Source of the DNA: Candidatus Hydrogenedentota bacterium
Lineage (GTDB): Bacteria; Hydrogenedentota; Hydrogenedentia; Hydrogenedentales; JAEUWI01
Reading direction: 5' to 3'
NCBI GenBank assembly: GCA_034669905.1
Contig: JAXMOL010000002.1
Location: 1 to 64,000, forward strand
DNA: 64,000 bases
The position numbers and the translations under genes are program-made. The notes below the pieces were generated by a model. The model was not told the DNA's origin, searched no databases, and worked only from the letters and a program-made list of their open reading frames with translations. Of this stretch, positions 19,301 to 28,521 are shown piece after piece (position 1 is the first letter of the stretch; each line of letters opens with the position of its first letter).

Positions 19301-19456
19301 TTCGGGCATCCGCTCGGGGCCAAGTCCCTTGCCCGTAACACTATGTTCCAACGGGCCGATGGGCTGGCGCTGGCTATAGATGGTTGCCTGAATTTCTTCC
19401 AGACGCCGTTCGATCTGTTGGCACTCGATCGTGCGCTCGGCATCAAAATTGGCCAT
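16328..19456 (-). CDS. Alpha-mannosidase, glycoside hydrolase family 38
   Basis: GHSHIDTAWLWP, WLPDAFGY, GWGDGGGGP, ELYLELHR and QFHDILPGSSI motifs. Confidence 0.95.
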   Translation of the reverse strand: MANFDAERTIECQQIERRLEEIQATIYSQRQPIGPLEHSVTGKGLGPERMPESGWKPFAVGQAWGGYDQTTWFRMTMTVPAEFKGQRVVALIRPSGGHFTLGVPFLSAAGEGMAYVNGKPFCGLDKFHDELVLTEKAKGGETFEIAIEGVPSTRIDIVHHFKYADMAILNTEAWDVYWDILVPLKVYKELDTNFAPARQLFDVLSKAVRMVDLQQVGTEAYYASCGKASRYLKKELKRFEHSYGMGSLALVGHSHIDTAWLWPLRETRRKVGRTFSTVLRLMERYPEYHFSCSQPELYMYVKEHFPEVWKGIKKRVKEGRWEPCGAPWIEQDSNMPSGESLVRQFLYGNRFFEKEFGMRSRTAWLPDAFGYPWSLPQILKQCQIDTFVTTKIDWSTFTKFPYSLFQWQGIDGTRIRAVMPPMNYNGNPVPEELIAQWNKFKQKDKVEEVPFPFGWGDGGGGPTPEMMEHGKRLKNIIGVPKCEFGRTQDSLDRMKEQCPDEALPVYNDELYLELHRACQITQARTKWFNRKIEIDLHDAEMLSAIAHLSGGTYDTDAFWDVWRTLLTHQFHDILPGSSITEVYTQAEKDYAEIQEQVLNVLGNALLELGKDIDTSGPGNPVVVFNTLSWVRSDVVEVAVTLPKGDFHVVAPDGSVVPSQEIGKDTLLFVAENVPPLGHAVYHVVAGIAEPEYGAPFHVTDKLLENDYLRVRLDANGAFSSVFDKIEGREVLPKGEKGNVIQLFDDRPFDHDAWEMDHNFDEEQQWAPGKAESIEIVESGPVRAVVRVVRRTEKSVITQDITLAAHSPRVDVHTHVDWHEKRVLMKVAFPVDVLSHRATYDIQYGTIERATHESREHERARFEVTGHHWADLSEGDYGVSLLNDCKYSYDIKENTMRLSLLRAPVHPDEHADEGEHEMVYSLYPHGGDWRNGTVQQGYELNVPLVAMAMEGNGDAKAGSFASVDAEHVLLDTVKKHEDSDALIVRLFEGYGQRGDVTLTFAKAPKSVSLCDMMEENDEPVKFKGNEVPLYFTPYEIKSLKVTF

Positions 19457-19707
19457 GGTTGAAAACTTCCTTTCGTACAAATAGACAGGGATTACCGCGC
19501 GGTGACAGGGAGGATTCGAGGAAAGTATTCGACCGCTCACGGTCCGCATGGCGCGCGGGATAAGCGCGTATTATACGAAGACTCTGGCGGGGAATAGAAG
19601 TTTTAAGATGGTCAGAGATGAATTGCGTGACCCATAGTCAACGGGCTATAGCGCAGCCTCGTCGACCCATCCGGCCGAATACCTGACCATTCTGATGCCC
19701 TCGGTCC

Positions 19708-19766
19708 ATATTGTTTAACAACTCGTAATTATTGTTTTTCAATAATTTTTGGTTGACATACAATAA
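19708..19766 (+). promoter_or_regulatory. Three phased TTATTG-N5-CAATAA-like operator boxes overlapping a TTGACA -35
   Basis: ATATTG-N5-CAACTC (19708), perfect AATTATTG-N5-CAATAATT (19727-19747) and TGGTTG-N5-CAATAA (19750). Centres are 21 bp apart, upstream of the DUF2975/HTH pair. Confidence 0.7.
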
Positions 19767-19816
19767 CTTATGTGAGAAACTTCCATTGAAAGCAATCACC
19801 GTGGAAGGAATACGCC

Positions 19817-20428
19817 ATGCCAAAGGATTCTATGCCTGCTGCCCTCCTGATGGGGCTGCTCCACTACGCCGTTCGGGCCGTGCTTCTCATCACCTTACTC
19901 AGCGCGGTGGGCTATGCGCTCATCGGCGGGATGGTCCTCGCCGGCTTCTGGAAACCCGAGGTCCGACTCACCTTGCCACTGAGTGTTGCCCCCCCGGCAG
20001 GTGAACTGGGTGACAACGCGCCGTCGGTCCTGGCCTATGAGAGCATTGCAATAGGCTTGGAAAGCCCCACGTCCATCGTCGTCGCCTTCCTCCTCGAAAT
20101 CATCCTGCTCCTGGGCAGTGCCGCTATTGCCTGGCAACTGGTGCGCTTCCTGAACACGGTCCGCGCTGGCCATCCCTTTGCTGCGGAGAATCCCCCTCGC
20201 ATCCGCGCGGTGGGACTCATCATTATGGCCCTCATTGTCTTCGACGAATGCTGGTCATTCCTTACCGCGCAGCATTACCTCGCCGTATTGACGACCGAGG
20301 GGCAGCAGGTGGCCATGGCGTGGTCCATGGATTGGGAAACCCTGCTCCTCGGCGGACTCATCGCGGTGATCGCCCAGATACTGCAGATTGGCGTGACGCT
20401 GAAAGAAGAACAGGACCTCACGGTCTAA
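19817..20428 (+). CDS. DUF2975 membrane protein
   Basis: GHPFAAENPPRIRAVG and C-terminal IAQILQIGVTLKEEQDLTV; canonical pairing with a YozG-type HTH. Confidence 0.88.
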   Translation: MPKDSMPAALLMGLLHYAVRAVLLITLLSAVGYALIGGMVLAGFWKPEVRLTLPLSVAPPAGELGDNAPSVLAYESIAIGLESPTSIVVAFLLEIILLLGSAAIAWQLVRFLNTVRAGHPFAAENPPRIRAVGLIIMALIVFDECWSFLTAQHYLAVLTTEGQQVAMAWSMDWETLLLGGLIAVIAQILQIGVTLKEEQDLTV

Positions 20429-20438
20429 GGAGTCCCAC

Positions 20439-20675
20439 ATGCCGATTCGCGTCAATCTGGATCTCATGCTGGTCCGCCGCAAAAAATCCCTCACCCAGCT
20501 CTCTGAAGAAGTGGGCGTCACCCTGGCCAATCTTTCGATTCTGAAAACGGACAAGGCAAAGGCCATACGTTTCTCTACCTTGACGGGTATCTGTGAGGCA
20601 CTCGACTGTCAGCCCGGTGACCTGTTGGAATATGTACCGGACGACGAGCCGCCGGAGACGGCGCCCCCACCCTAG
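20439..20675 (+). CDS. Cro/C1-type (YozG-like) HTH transcriptional regulator
   Basis: IRVNLDLML...LSEEVGVTLANLSILKTDKAKAIRFSTL..IC.ALDCQPGDLLEY. Confidence 0.93.
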   Translation: MPIRVNLDLMLVRRKKSLTQLSEEVGVTLANLSILKTDKAKAIRFSTLTGICEALDCQPGDLLEYVPDDEPPETAPPP

Positions 20676-20857
20676 TCCCTATTCCGTTGAAGCCCCCCCG
20701 ACGTAACGCGTGCTGATTTTTACCATTTCCGTATGCGACGGGGTGCCCTGTGCCTGAACGTCAACCCCTTCCCCCTGCCGCGCTATCGAAAGGGAGCCGA
20801 GCAGCGACCCCTGATTCTCTCGTCACACGCTGGTGTCGGACGCACCAAGGAGGTTTT

Positions 20858-22087
20858 ATGAAAAACAATGCTTCTCTGACTTTACGTAAACGAATTTTTC
20901 AACAAACTACATTGGCCTTACTTGTAGTCCTCTCGGGTTGCCTGCCCTTTGAATTGGGGAAAGCCGTATCTTTGCCTGACGGGTCCACACCGGTGAATCC
21001 GGGCATGGCCGGTTCTGGCCCCTTGGCGGAATCCGTCGACGAACGGGTGCTTTCCTATCTGGAGAAGCACCAACTCCCCGGCATCGGCGTTGGGCTGATT
21101 AAGGAGGGGGCCGTTGTCTTCTCGGCGGGTTATGGCTGGGCGGACCTCGAAGAGGAGGCCCCCCTGATGGCCCACACACCCGTCTTACTTTCCAGCGTTA
21201 GTAAGACCTTTATCGGGGTCGCGGCCATGCAGGCTGTAGAGGTGGGAAGGCTTTCTTTAGACGATAGCCTAAGCGACCTTGCGGGATTTTCGGTCGACAA
21301 TCCCAACGTGGCGGGCGAGCGCATCACACTGCGACACGCCGTGACCCACAATACCGGAATAGAAGACACCGCAGTATATGACGATAACTATGCCCCCGGC
21401 GATCCGGTCATACCATTGGGCACCTTTGTGGCGGGCTATGTCACCGAGGGAAGCCTCTACTGGAATCCCCGCAACTTCGCGGACCGCCCGCCTGGAGCGG
21501 CCTTTTCCTACAGCAACGTGGGTGCCGCGTTGGGCGCCTTCGCCATCGCAAAGTCGGCCGACCGCGCCTTCCGGGACCTGGTCGCGGAGGACATTCTGCA
21601 GCCCTTGGGCATGAATGACAGCGCCTACTTCCTGACGGATGTACCGCGTACGCCGGCCGTGCCCTATCACCCCACTGGCGGGGGCACCTACCGGCCATGG
21701 CCCCATTATGGCTACCCGACCTACCCCGACGGCATGTTGCGGGCCTCTACCGATGACATGGCCCGTTACCTCGCGGCTGTCGACGGAGGCGGAGCCTTGG
21801 GCGAAACACGCATCCTCAGCACCCAATCTGTGGACACCATGCTGACCATCGATCCCGATGCCGGCAGCGACGAAAATGGGCAGGCCGTCGCATGGTCAGT
21901 TCGTGTGATGCAGGGTCGCGAACTCTTTGGCCACAATGGGGGTGACTATGGCTCCTCCACGGAAATCTGGCTTGACCGGGAGGCGCGTGTCGGCGTGGTG
22001 GTATTGCTCAACGTGGAAATCCGCGACTGGCCCGCCCTATTCCAGCTCCAGGCCGACTTGCTGGACTTGGCCGAATCGGCCTCATGA
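20858..22087 (+). CDS. Serine hydrolase, beta-lactamase (AmpC-like) family, probable lipoprotein
   Basis: SxxK (SVSK), YSN and HNG motifs; LSGC lipobox; RBS AAGGAGG before ATG 20858. Confidence 0.88.
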   Translation: MKNNASLTLRKRIFQQTTLALLVVLSGCLPFELGKAVSLPDGSTPVNPGMAGSGPLAESVDERVLSYLEKHQLPGIGVGLIKEGAVVFSAGYGWADLEEEAPLMAHTPVLLSSVSKTFIGVAAMQAVEVGRLSLDDSLSDLAGFSVDNPNVAGERITLRHAVTHNTGIEDTAVYDDNYAPGDPVIPLGTFVAGYVTEGSLYWNPRNFADRPPGAAFSYSNVGAALGAFAIAKSADRAFRDLVAEDILQPLGMNDSAYFLTDVPRTPAVPYHPTGGGTYRPWPHYGYPTYPDGMLRASTDDMARYLAAVDGGGALGETRILSTQSVDTMLTIDPDAGSDENGQAVAWSVRVMQGRELFGHNGGDYGSSTEIWLDREARVGVVVLLNVEIRDWPALFQLQADLLDLAESAS

Positions 22088-22106
22088 AATTCAGCATCGT
22101 AAAATA

Positions 22107-22148
22107 GAAAGGCCGGGCGCCCTTCCCCGTGGGAGGGGCGCCCGGCCC
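22107..22148. terminator. GC-rich hairpin between convergent genes
   Basis: GGCCGGGCGCCCTTCCC-CGT-GGGAGGGGCGCCCGGCC. Confidence 0.65.
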
Positions 22149-22168
22149 GAAACTAATTTTGGCGCGAC

Positions 22169-22681
22169 TTATTGCATCGTGGCTTCGGTGCCGTCGACAG
22201 TCAGCTTCGTGCCGTCGTAGGTGCCACTGTATTCCTGGCCCAACACGGAAACGGTGAAGACTTCCCCTTCCAGGGTGTACTCGGCTTCGGTGCCGTCTGG
22301 TGCGAAGGCCGCGAGCGGTCCGCCCTTCAGGAAGACCTTGTTGCCTTCTTTGAATTCCAAACTAATGCCGTCATATTCCCATTTTGTGCCGACCAGGCCA
22401 CCGGCGGGGGCGGCTTCTTCGGTCTTCATCTCTTCTGCGGGCGTGGCATCGCCTTCGGTGGCTTCGGCAACGGTCTCTACAACCGCTTCCACGGCTTCTT
22501 CAGCGGCGGCTTCTGGAGCCGCTTCCATGACCGTTCCGCTACCTTCGGCCGCATCCGCTTCCACGGCAGGCGTCTCTGCCGGGGCATCATTCGCTTCCGG
22601 AGCAGTGCCCGCTTCGCCACCACAGCCGGTCAATACACCCACCAGGAGCAAACTAAGCAGTCCAAGCATTGCTTTTTTCAT
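22169..22681 (-). CDS. Hypothetical lipoprotein with an acidic Ala/Glu linker and a small beta domain
   Basis: MKK-hydrophobic-LTGC lipobox; A/E/P-rich linker; C-terminal LVGTKWEY domain. Confidence 0.75.
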   Translation of the reverse strand: MKKAMLGLLSLLLVGVLTGCGGEAGTAPEANDAPAETPAVEADAAEGSGTVMEAAPEAAAEEAVEAVVETVAEATEGDATPAEEMKTEEAAPAGGLVGTKWEYDGISLEFKEGNKVFLKGGPLAAFAPDGTEAEYTLEGEVFTVSVLGQEYSGTYDGTKLTVDGTEATMQ

Positions 22682-22807
22682 TGTAAAAGTCCTTTCGTTG
22701 TAGGGTCATTTCGAAACGACACACCGTCGCACAATAATCGGTAATCGTACCATGTAGTCACGGGAAATCCAACTTACGCCCTCGATGGCAATCCTGTCTT
22801 AAAAACC

Positions 22808-25282
22808 CTAGAAAATCCCGTAGGGATCGAGGTCCACCTTTAATTGAATCCCTTTCCCCGGCTGGGCCGCCAGAAAGGCCTCTCGGGTTGCCCGCGTCAG
22901 CGCATTCAGCTTTTTGGGACTCTTCGACAGGACCCCCAGGTGCCAGCGGTAGTACTTGTTAATCCGCTTAATGGCCGCCGGCGCGGGCCCCATCAATTCC
23001 ATACCCTGAAAGCCCTCTTCCCGAAGCTGCTCCCGGACGATACGATGGAGGCGCAACATGCCCCGCTCGGCTACCTCGTCATCTACGCTCTCGATAGAGA
23101 AGTTCACCATCCGTCGAAACGGGGGGTAGAGGGCGCTTTCACGGTGGGCGATTTCCTGTTGATAAAAGCCCGGGTAGTCGTGGGCGGCAGCGGCTACGAT
23201 GGCATAGTGCTTTGGCCGAAACGTCTGGATGATGACCTCGCCCACCAAATCGCCCCGACCGGCCCGACCGGCCACCTGGGTCAGCAACTGAAAACCCTGC
23301 TCGGCCGCCCGGAAATCGGGCAGGGTCAGTCCCGTGTCGGCGTTCACCACGCCCACCAGGGTCACCCCGGGGAAGTCGTGGCCCTTGGCCAGCATCTGGG
23401 TGCCAATCAGAATATCAATCTCCCGGTTGGCGAATCGGCCGAGAATCTTGGCATGGCCGCCCTTCCCCGAGGTGGTGTCGGCATCCATGCGCGCGACCCG
23501 TGCCTTGGGAAAGGCGCGCATCAGGTAGTCTTCCACCTTTTGGGTTCCCATGCCCATGTAAATAAGGGGATTGAAAAAACACTTGTCGCAGATTTCCGGC
23601 TTGGGGCGCCGCTCGTCGCAATAGTGACAGCGCAGGTGGGAGCCGCTGCTGTGGTAGGTGAGACTCACGTTGCAGTTCTGGCACTCGGCCACCCACCCGC
23701 ATTGGGGACACATGACGAAGGGCGCAAAACCACGGCGGTTCAGCAAGAGGATGACCTGTTCGCCTGCCTCGACCTTGGCGTTGACCGCGTCTTCGAGGGC
23801 AGGGGAGAGAATCATTTTTCCCGCAGACTCTTTTCCTTCGGAACGCATGTCGAGTATTCTCACGGCGGGTAAGGCACCCCGTGTCGCCCGCTGGGTCAGA
23901 TCCAAGCGGATGGATTTCCCGATTTCAGAATTGTGGTAGGACTCCACCGAAGGCGTGGCCGAACCCAGCACACACACGGCGTTGTTGTTGCGGGCGCGCA
24001 TGATGGCCACATCCCGCGCATGATAACGGGGCGTTTCGCTTTGCTTGTAGGAGCCATCGTGCTCTTCGTCCACGATGACGATACCCAGATTGGGCAAAGG
24101 CGCGAAGACCGCCGACCGGGCGCCCACGACAATCCGCACTTCCCCCCGCTGGGCCCGTCGCCATTCGTCATAGCGCTCGCCCAGGCTCAGGCCACTGTGG
24201 AGCACGGCAATATCCTGGGCAAAACGGGCCACGAAGCGTCCCACCGTCTGGGGGGTGAGGGAGATCTCCGGCACCAGGATGATGGCATCCAGCCCGAGGG
24301 CGAGCACCTCTTCAATCACCTGGAGATAGACCTCGGTCTTCCCCGAACCCGTGATGCCACGGAGCAAGAAGGTTTGAAAACTGCGAGACTTCACGGCGGC
24401 CACAATGGTTTCGTAGGCGGCCTGTTGCTCGTCATTGAGCGGGAATTTCTCGACAGCCTGACCACCGCTCCCCATATCCGGTGCGCGGTAAAGTTCCCGC
24501 GCTTCCGTCACGACGAGCCCTTTCTCCACGAGCGCCTTGACGACCGCGCTGGTCGCGCCATATTTTTCTTTCAGGGCCGACAGTGGACGGGCCTCGCCCT
24601 GATGGAGCAGTTCGAGGTACACCGCCGCCTGCTTGGGCGCACGCCGCTGCAGGGCCACCACGTCGTCGGAGGCCAGCAGCTTGTCCGCACACAAGGCCAC
24701 GTAGGTTTCCGTACGGATCGAGACGCCCGCATCCTGCATGACCGGCGTGGCCTGCACAATACCCCGGCGTGCCAGGGAACTCAGCGTGTTGCTCAACGCC
24801 TTACGTCCGGCCACGTTGGCAATCTGTCCTTCTGTGAGGGAACCCCGGTTGTAGAGGGCGGCAATAACCTGCCGCTGCCGCTCGGTAAAACGGCCCGCAT
24901 GGATCATATCGGGCTCCAACCGATAGCGCATCTTGGTACCGATCTTGAGCCCACCGGGCACGGCGCACTGAAGGGCCTCCCCCCAGGAACAGCAGTAGTA
25001 GTCGGCAATCCACCGGCACAAGGAGAGCATCTCGGGGGTGAAGACGGGTTTCTCGTCGGGAAGATCCAGTATGGACTTGACCTTCGCGACAGCCGGCTGG
25101 GTGCCCACCGCCACGATAAAACCGGTGTCCACCCGCTTGAGCACGGGCACAACGGCCCGCATGCCGACCGCAACACGATCAACGAGGGAGGCCGGCACCT
25201 CATAGCTGAAACAGCGCTCCACCGGAATGGGAAGCACGACGTCGACAAAACATGGAGACTCTGGGGAGGCGTGGGGGCTCAT
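22808..25282 (-). CDS. priA: Primosomal protein N' (replication restart helicase)
   Basis: GITGSGKTEVY, DEEH, SATPS, four CxxC pairs, GTQMLAKGHDFP and QVAGRAGR. Confidence 0.97.
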   Translation of the reverse strand: MSPHASPESPCFVDVVLPIPVERCFSYEVPASLVDRVAVGMRAVVPVLKRVDTGFIVAVGTQPAVAKVKSILDLPDEKPVFTPEMLSLCRWIADYYCCSWGEALQCAVPGGLKIGTKMRYRLEPDMIHAGRFTERQRQVIAALYNRGSLTEGQIANVAGRKALSNTLSSLARRGIVQATPVMQDAGVSIRTETYVALCADKLLASDDVVALQRRAPKQAAVYLELLHQGEARPLSALKEKYGATSAVVKALVEKGLVVTEARELYRAPDMGSGGQAVEKFPLNDEQQAAYETIVAAVKSRSFQTFLLRGITGSGKTEVYLQVIEEVLALGLDAIILVPEISLTPQTVGRFVARFAQDIAVLHSGLSLGERYDEWRRAQRGEVRIVVGARSAVFAPLPNLGIVIVDEEHDGSYKQSETPRYHARDVAIMRARNNNAVCVLGSATPSVESYHNSEIGKSIRLDLTQRATRGALPAVRILDMRSEGKESAGKMILSPALEDAVNAKVEAGEQVILLLNRRGFAPFVMCPQCGWVAECQNCNVSLTYHSSGSHLRCHYCDERRPKPEICDKCFFNPLIYMGMGTQKVEDYLMRAFPKARVARMDADTTSGKGGHAKILGRFANREIDILIGTQMLAKGHDFPGVTLVGVVNADTGLTLPDFRAAEQGFQLLTQVAGRAGRGDLVGEVIIQTFRPKHYAIVAAAAHDYPGFYQQEIAHRESALYPPFRRMVNFSIESVDDEVAERGMLRLHRIVREQLREEGFQGMELMGPAPAAIKRINKYYRWHLGVLSKSPKKLNALTRATREAFLAAQPGKGIQLKVDLDPYGIF

Positions 25283-25529
25283 GAACTACCTGATAGGGGG
25301 CCGAAAGGAAATTGAGTACGCGCCCCAGTATAAATCAGCCCATCCACCAAGACCAAAGAAATGGTTCATGGATAGAGCGTGGGGAGTTTTTCCAATCGCT
25401 TAAACTAATTGGCGTCGCTCGTGCCGCACGGTTCTAAGAACCACGCACCCGTAAGCGCCTCCGCTTCGCTCCCCCGCGTAAGGGTGGCACCCAAGACGTT
25501 TTTACCCTTCGCGAACCCCATACACCAGA

Positions 25530-26135
25530 CTATTTCGCAACTTCCGTTACCCAGCAGGAGGTATCCACGAAGCGCTGCCAACTGTGCATTTCCTGCTTGC
25601 GCACGGAAAGGCCGAAGCGGGGCAACCACCGGGGGGCCGTAGGCTGTTTGAGGAGGCGCATGTTCGCTTCCTCTGGTGTGCGGTTGCTCTTCTTCACATT
25701 GCAGCGCGCACAGGCGAGCACCAGATTTTCCCACGAATCCACCCCACCCCGGGAGCGGGGCATAATGTGGTCGAGGGTCAGATCACTCTTGTCGGGAACC
25801 GCACCGCAATACTGACACTGATGCTTGTCGCGCGTAAAAATATTACTGCGCGAAAAGCGAATCTCGTGTCGAATAAATCCGTTGAAGGCCGCGAGCAAGA
25901 TCACTTCGGGAATGACGATGGACTGGGAGGGCGTGCGCACCATGGGCACATCTTCTTCCCGAAGGGCCACCTTGCGCGAATAGGCGCACCACGCCTCGAA
26001 GGAATGAATCGAATAGTCTTCCGGGTGTACTACCCGTGCGTGGCCCTGATACAGCAGCGCGAGTGCGCGGCGGGCGGAGGCCACGTTAATGGCAATCCAC
26101 GACTTGTTAAGGACAAGTACATGTGCATCCAACAT
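25530..26135 (-). CDS. HNH endonuclease (McrA/HNH_5-like)
   Basis: VLVLN...FSRSNIFTRDKHQCQYCG...TLDHIMPRSRGG..SWENLVLACARCNVKK. Confidence 0.9.
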   Translation of the reverse strand: MLDAHVLVLNKSWIAINVASARRALALLYQGHARVVHPEDYSIHSFEAWCAYSRKVALREEDVPMVRTPSQSIVIPEVILLAAFNGFIRHEIRFSRSNIFTRDKHQCQYCGAVPDKSDLTLDHIMPRSRGGVDSWENLVLACARCNVKKSNRTPEEANMRLLKQPTAPRWLPRFGLSVRKQEMHSWQRFVDTSCWVTEVAK

Positions 26136-26244
26136 TCAACCGTCTCCAAATGGGATCGGCCTGTCACGCTGGCAACAGTATAGATAGGCCGAATCCGCAT
26201 GTCAACGAAAGACCGATTGTGGCACAACACTCCCTATGCTCGTG

Positions 26245-27498
26245 TCAGGCACGCGTTAAACCAGGATGGCTCCCCCCACGGGTGGAAAGCAGAAGGGCCG
26301 CCATTGCCACAACAGCACCCACCGCGCCCACCGGCCACAGCCCCACCTGATCAACCGCCAGGCCGAGCAGGGGTGCCAGCACCAGGGTCGTGAGCGAGCG
26401 GGCCTGGGATTCGATGGAGAGGGTCGTGGCAGCCAACTCCGGATCCGATACGGCATTCAGCCGACTCACCAGGGCCGGACGCCACAGGTTCTGCACCAGG
26501 TGAACGCCTACGAAACAAACGATCGCCACCGCGAGCCACTTCTGCAGCAAGCAGACGAGCATGACGCCGTAACAACCCAACACGACCATCCACAAGAAAC
26601 GGGCGGCCGCGTCTTCGTCTTTCTTCCATGCCACGACAACATGCGCATTACGGGAAGCGATGCCAGAAAAAAAGTAGAGGAGGCTGTAGACCACCCCGGT
26701 CAGCACCGCCGTGCGTTGCGCATCGGCCAGGGCCAGAAAGAGGGGCAGGGCCAGCGCACTCTGTTGCAGCAAGGGCTGGAGATATTCTTTGGCGGAAGAA
26801 AAGACCCCTTCGAAACCCATGGCCTCCACTACCAGACGTCGCTGCCGCCGCTCGCGCCAGACCACGGTGGCCGCCCGAACCAGCCGTTGCATCACCCCGG
26901 CGCCATCGTCTTTCGCGGGGCCTTCCACACTCCCGGGGTAGCCGAGAAAATTCACGATATTGAAGACACAGGGCAGGGCACTCACCCAGAAGACGACACT
27001 ATAGTCTTGCAGGGTGAATACGAGCCCCGCAGCGAGGAGCGCCGACAGGGCCGACCCCATCTTGGACCAACTCCGCGTGTAGCCATACACCTCGACCCGC
27101 TCGGACTCGCGATCGACGGAGCGCAGCCAGTCAAAAATCATGGCCTTGTGGGTCCCCGAACGGAAGGCCTCCCCAATGGCCATGAAGAACATACCCAGGA
27201 ACAGGCCCGGAAGAAAATCAGACATCGCAAAAGTGCTGAAGGCCACGATGTAGGCGGTGAAGGAAAGGACCATGCTGGCCCGACGCCCATAGGAATCCGC
27301 GACCGCACCCGATGGTACTTCAAGCACATTGATGCAGAGACTGCGAAAGCCAATGAGCAGTCCGATTTCGAAAAAACCCAGGCCCTTATCGAGGAAGGCC
27401 AGAATCCAGAATGGCTCGAAGTAGCGTTGGTTCTTCAGGAAGCCATAGAGCGAAAATCGAAAGCGCATGCGCCGTTCGGCAGGAGACCAGTCGTTCAT
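26245..27498 (-). CDS. MFS transporter
   Basis: LEVPSGAVADSYGRR motif A, GEAFRSGT, about 12 TMs. Confidence 0.88.
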   Translation of the reverse strand: MNDWSPAERRMRFRFSLYGFLKNQRYFEPFWILAFLDKGLGFFEIGLLIGFRSLCINVLEVPSGAVADSYGRRASMVLSFTAYIVAFSTFAMSDFLPGLFLGMFFMAIGEAFRSGTHKAMIFDWLRSVDRESERVEVYGYTRSWSKMGSALSALLAAGLVFTLQDYSVVFWVSALPCVFNIVNFLGYPGSVEGPAKDDGAGVMQRLVRAATVVWRERRQRRLVVEAMGFEGVFSSAKEYLQPLLQQSALALPLFLALADAQRTAVLTGVVYSLLYFFSGIASRNAHVVVAWKKDEDAAARFLWMVVLGCYGVMLVCLLQKWLAVAIVCFVGVHLVQNLWRPALVSRLNAVSDPELAATTLSIESQARSLTTLVLAPLLGLAVDQVGLWPVGAVGAVVAMAALLLSTRGGSHPGLTRA

Positions 27499-27528
27499 AG
27501 GCGGTACATCCCTTCAGAGCCAAGAAGT

Positions 27529-27682
27529 TAAAAGGACATAAAAGACCGCAGGGACAAGTAGTTGGGGGCACTGGCCTCAGCGACACAAGAGCTCCCTCGG
27601 CGGGGCGTTACAAACTTTCACTGTCAACCCGCCAAACTTCATTGATGTCCTTTAGGTCCTTTTCGTCCTTTAGGTCATTTCC
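27529..27682. repeat. Inverted pair of 9-nt periodic arrays (AAAGGAC... / GTCCTTT...) enclosing ~90 bp
   Basis: taaaaggac ataaaagac cgcagggac (27529-27555) and gtcctttag gtccttttc gtcctttag gtcatttcc (27647-27682). Confidence 0.65.
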
Positions 27683-27700
27683 TACGAAACACGCCGCCAC

Positions 27701-28309
27701 CTACCCAATCACGCCCCGTTTCACCAAATAGGCCACGACAGCAGCCACGCAGTTTTCCAGGGTATCTTTGGAGGTATCGATGCGCAACTCGGGATTTTCA
27801 GGCGCCTCATAGGGGGCGGATATTCCTGTAAAGTCGGCAATCTCGCCGGCCCGGGCCTTTTTATACAGCCCCTTGGGGTCCCGGGATTCACAGACGGCCA
27901 CATCGCAATCGACGTGCACCTCGATGAAGGCGTCCCCGATGATTGCCCGGGCCTGGGCCCGATCTTCGCGGTAAGGCGAAATAAAGGCCGTCATCGTCAC
28001 CAACCCCGCATCGGCAAAGAGCCGGGATACTTCGCCAATGCGCCGAATGTTTTCCACCCGGTCTTCCGGGGAAAAGGTCAGGTCTTTGTTAAGGCCGTAA
28101 CGCACATTGTCGCCATCGAGCACGTAGGTATGGACGCCCCGGTCATGGAGCGCCCGCGCCACCCCATTGGCCAGCGTCGATTTGCCCGAACCCGAGAGCC
28201 CGGTAAACCACAGCAGGCCCGGCCCGTGCCCCATGAGGGTCGCCCGCTCGTCAGCGCTTACGCCGCTCTGGTGCCAGGTGATGTTGGTAGACTTGGATGA
28301 CTCAGACAT
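27701..28309 (-). CDS. cysC: Adenylyl-sulfate kinase
   Basis: [40 protein letters not shown] and [11 protein letters not shown]. Confidence 0.97.
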   Translation of the reverse strand: MSESSKSTNITWHQSGVSADERATLMGHGPGLLWFTGLSGSGKSTLANGVARALHDRGVHTYVLDGDNVRYGLNKDLTFSPEDRVENIRRIGEVSRLFADAGLVTMTAFISPYREDRAQARAIIGDAFIEVHVDCDVAVCESRDPKGLYKKARAGEIADFTGISAPYEAPENPELRIDTSKDTLENCVAAVVAYLVKRGVIG

Positions 28310-28437
28310 GGGATCGGGGTACTCCGGGTATAATCACAGTAAATCGCGATAAAAATGGGCCTCAGGATGCCCGGGGCACCCTGCGAATACGGCCCCCTAG
28401 TTTAGCAGTCGCCACGGATTCAGTGCGAACCCGTGTG

Positions 28438-28467
28438 TTGACCCGCAATCCCCGCACTGCCTATACT
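28438..28467 (+). promoter_or_regulatory. sigma70-like promoter of the small ORF
   Basis: TTGACC-N18-TATACT. Confidence 0.5.
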
Positions 28468-28521
28468 AGGTGCCGTGGTCGGCAATGGAGCGACTAAATA
28501 CTTACGGGAAGAGCAGGTCTT

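Noticed and set aside
16532..19462. 976-aa plus-strand ORF
   Set aside because: Antisense shadow of the GH38 gene, typical of high-GC codon bias; no motifs.
25530..26135. HNH nuclease as a Cas9/IscB, homing or restriction component
   Set aside because: Common stand-alone ~200-aa HNH family; no array, methyltransferase, intron or transposon ends nearby.
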